This document shows positions 63,008 through 64,000 of a stretch of DNA of 64,000 nucleotides, piece after piece. A program made the position numbers and the translations under genes. The DNA is taken from positions 1 through 64,000 of IMG/VR virus record IMGVR_UViG_3300045988_107529; one strand, 5' to 3'. A model generated the notes under the pieces. That model was given only the letters and a program-made list of their open reading frames with translations. It had not been told where the DNA came from and searched no databases. Position 1 is the stretch's first letter. Every line of letters begins with the position of its first letter. Source of the DNA: a virus.

Positions 63008-64000
63008 ATGAAGAAAGCGAAAAAGTTACTATCAGTTTTGGCAGTCATGCTATTGATTGTCTGTATGGCAGTTCCAGTATCGGCAGAAAAATATTACAAT
63101 ACTGGCTATACTCAATATGGCGATTTTGTAGTCGGGAATGGAAGCCTACAGGAATTTAGCGGAAGAACAGTTGATGGAAACCTGTACGTTGTAAATGGTG
63201 GTTCTTATACGTTTTATGGAACCCTTACCGTAAATGGCAACATATATGTTTTTGGAGATTTCTACAACCATGGAACTATTAATGTTAGCGGAACTCTGTT
63301 TTGCTTAAATTATTACTACGGAGGAATACTTTTAAACTCTGCAACAAAAACAGAGAATGGTGTTACAACAGGATTTTCTTACGGAAATTTCTGGAATAAC
63401 GGAAAAATTAATGGAAATTTAAAAGTTGATGCGCAAATAAATAATATTGAACCACCAGCGGTTCACGTTCATACACCTGGCGCAGAGCCTACTTGCACAC
63501 AAGACCAAGTTTGTACGACTTGCGGAGCTGTCCTAAAGAAAGCAACAGGGCACACCCCAGGAGCATATGCGACATGTACAATGCCACAGAAATGTACTAA
63601 GTGTGGAATTATACTAAGAAACGCCAAAGGACATGTACCTGGCGCAGAAGCCACTTGCACAAAAGAACAGACCTGTACGGTTTGTGGTGCAGTATTGTCA
63701 AGCAAGACACCACATACACCAGGCCCAAAGGCAACATGTGTTGATGACCAAATTTGCGTAGAATGTGGTGCAGTGATTAAAAATGCATTAGGTCACAGCC
63801 CTGGTAAACCTGCAACATGTACTGAATCACAATATTGTACAAGGTGCGGAAAAGTTCTTGCAGAACCAACAGGTCATAATTGGTCTGAATGGAAAGAAGA
63901 GAAAGCAGCCACATATTATAGTTCATCTGAAATTGTTAGAAGATGTTCTAAATGTGGAGAAAAGGAAATGAGGTATGGTGACGCTGTTCGCCCGACCGGA
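63008..64000 (+). CDS. Secreted protein with beta-helix-like N-region and tandem Cys-rich repeats (3' end outside window)
   Basis: ATG 63008 lies 9 nt after GGGAGG. Signal peptide MKKAKKLLSVLAVMLLIVCMAVPVSA. Five H-x-PG-x-x-ATC-x-x-x-Q-x-C-x-x-CG repeats from ~63470. Open to the window end, so absent from the ORF track. Confidence 0.75.
   Translation, partial: MKKAKKLLSVLAVMLLIVCMAVPVSAEKYYNTGYTQYGDFVVGNGSLQEFSGRTVDGNLYVVNGGSYTFYGTLTVNGNIYVFGDFYNHGTINVSGTLFCLNYYYGGILLNSATKTENGVTTGFSYGNFWNNGKINGNLKVDAQINNIEPPAVHVHTPGAEPTCTQDQVCTTCGAVLKKATGHTPGAYATCTMPQKCTKCGIILRNAKGHVPGAEATCTKEQTCTVCGAVLSSKTPHTPGPKATCVDDQICVECGAVIKNALGHSPGKPATCTESQYCTRCGKVLAEPTGHNWSEWKEEKAATYYSSSEIVRRCSKCGEKEMRYGDAVRPTG

Noticed and set aside
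63469-63705. Minus-strand ORF 63469..63705
   Set aside because: It is the antisense shadow of the Cys-repeat region of the + strand secreted protein.
1-64000. Genome-wide UGA reassignment implied by the UCA tRNA
   Set aside because: Standard-code ORFs are long and intact, and several well-supported genes terminate at TGA exactly where neighbours start (for example ATGA overlaps). At most there is local suppression.

Overview
AT-rich window, coded almost entirely on the + strand. It reads as most of the genome of a temperate tailed phage (or phage-like element) of a low-GC Firmicute: Clostridia-type SD sites, TTG/GTG starts, U1-A72 tRNA-Gln. Gene order: (1) a truncated repeat protein (1-423). 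(2) A recombination/replication module (0.9-19.5 kb) with two double-OB SSB-like paralogs, an SMC/Rad50-like ATPase, a RecT-like annealase, an MBL-fold hydrolase, a frame-disrupted ssb, a GIY-YIG nuclease, an SNF2 helicase plus DNA methyltransferase, a short PAPS-reductase-like protein, a DUF4317-like protein, and a replisome organiser plus G39P-like loader. (3) A tyrosine integrase with an attP-like tRNA 3' fragment (19.7-21.1 kb). (4) A mixed-strand accessory/regulatory island (21-30 kb) with large non-coding tracts, HTH/RHH regulators, a second GIY-YIG and a serine recombinase. (5) A tRNA / tRNA-like RNA cluster, a DUF2828-vWA protein, a run of small Cys-rich ORFs and RtcB ligase (30.4-37.3 kb). 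(6) Terminase, portal, scaffold, decoration, capsid, connector, tail, chaperone (-1 frameshift) and tape-measure genes (37.4-59.5 kb), interrupted by a moron-like cluster and homing-endonuclease-like genes. (7) HNH, wHTH, lipoprotein, DUF1653 and a truncated secreted Cys-repeat protein. The most unusual signal is non-coding: eleven tandem imperfect hairpins of about 70-165 nt (4578-5489 and 6235-6603). Their stems co-vary with strand-specific G.U pairs while their A/C-rich loops are conserved, and they bracket an orphan 225-aa gene next to the RecT-like gene. Other notable items are non-canonical tRNA-like RNAs plus a UCA-anticodon tRNA linked to vWA/RtcB genes; a twice-repeated 31-nt promoter-like motif followed by terminated leaders in the late region; sRNA-like units with interleaved inverted repeats near the serine recombinase; and a 0.73-kb orphan non-coding tract with iteron-like repeats. 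All functional names come from motif recognition by eye; no database search was possible.
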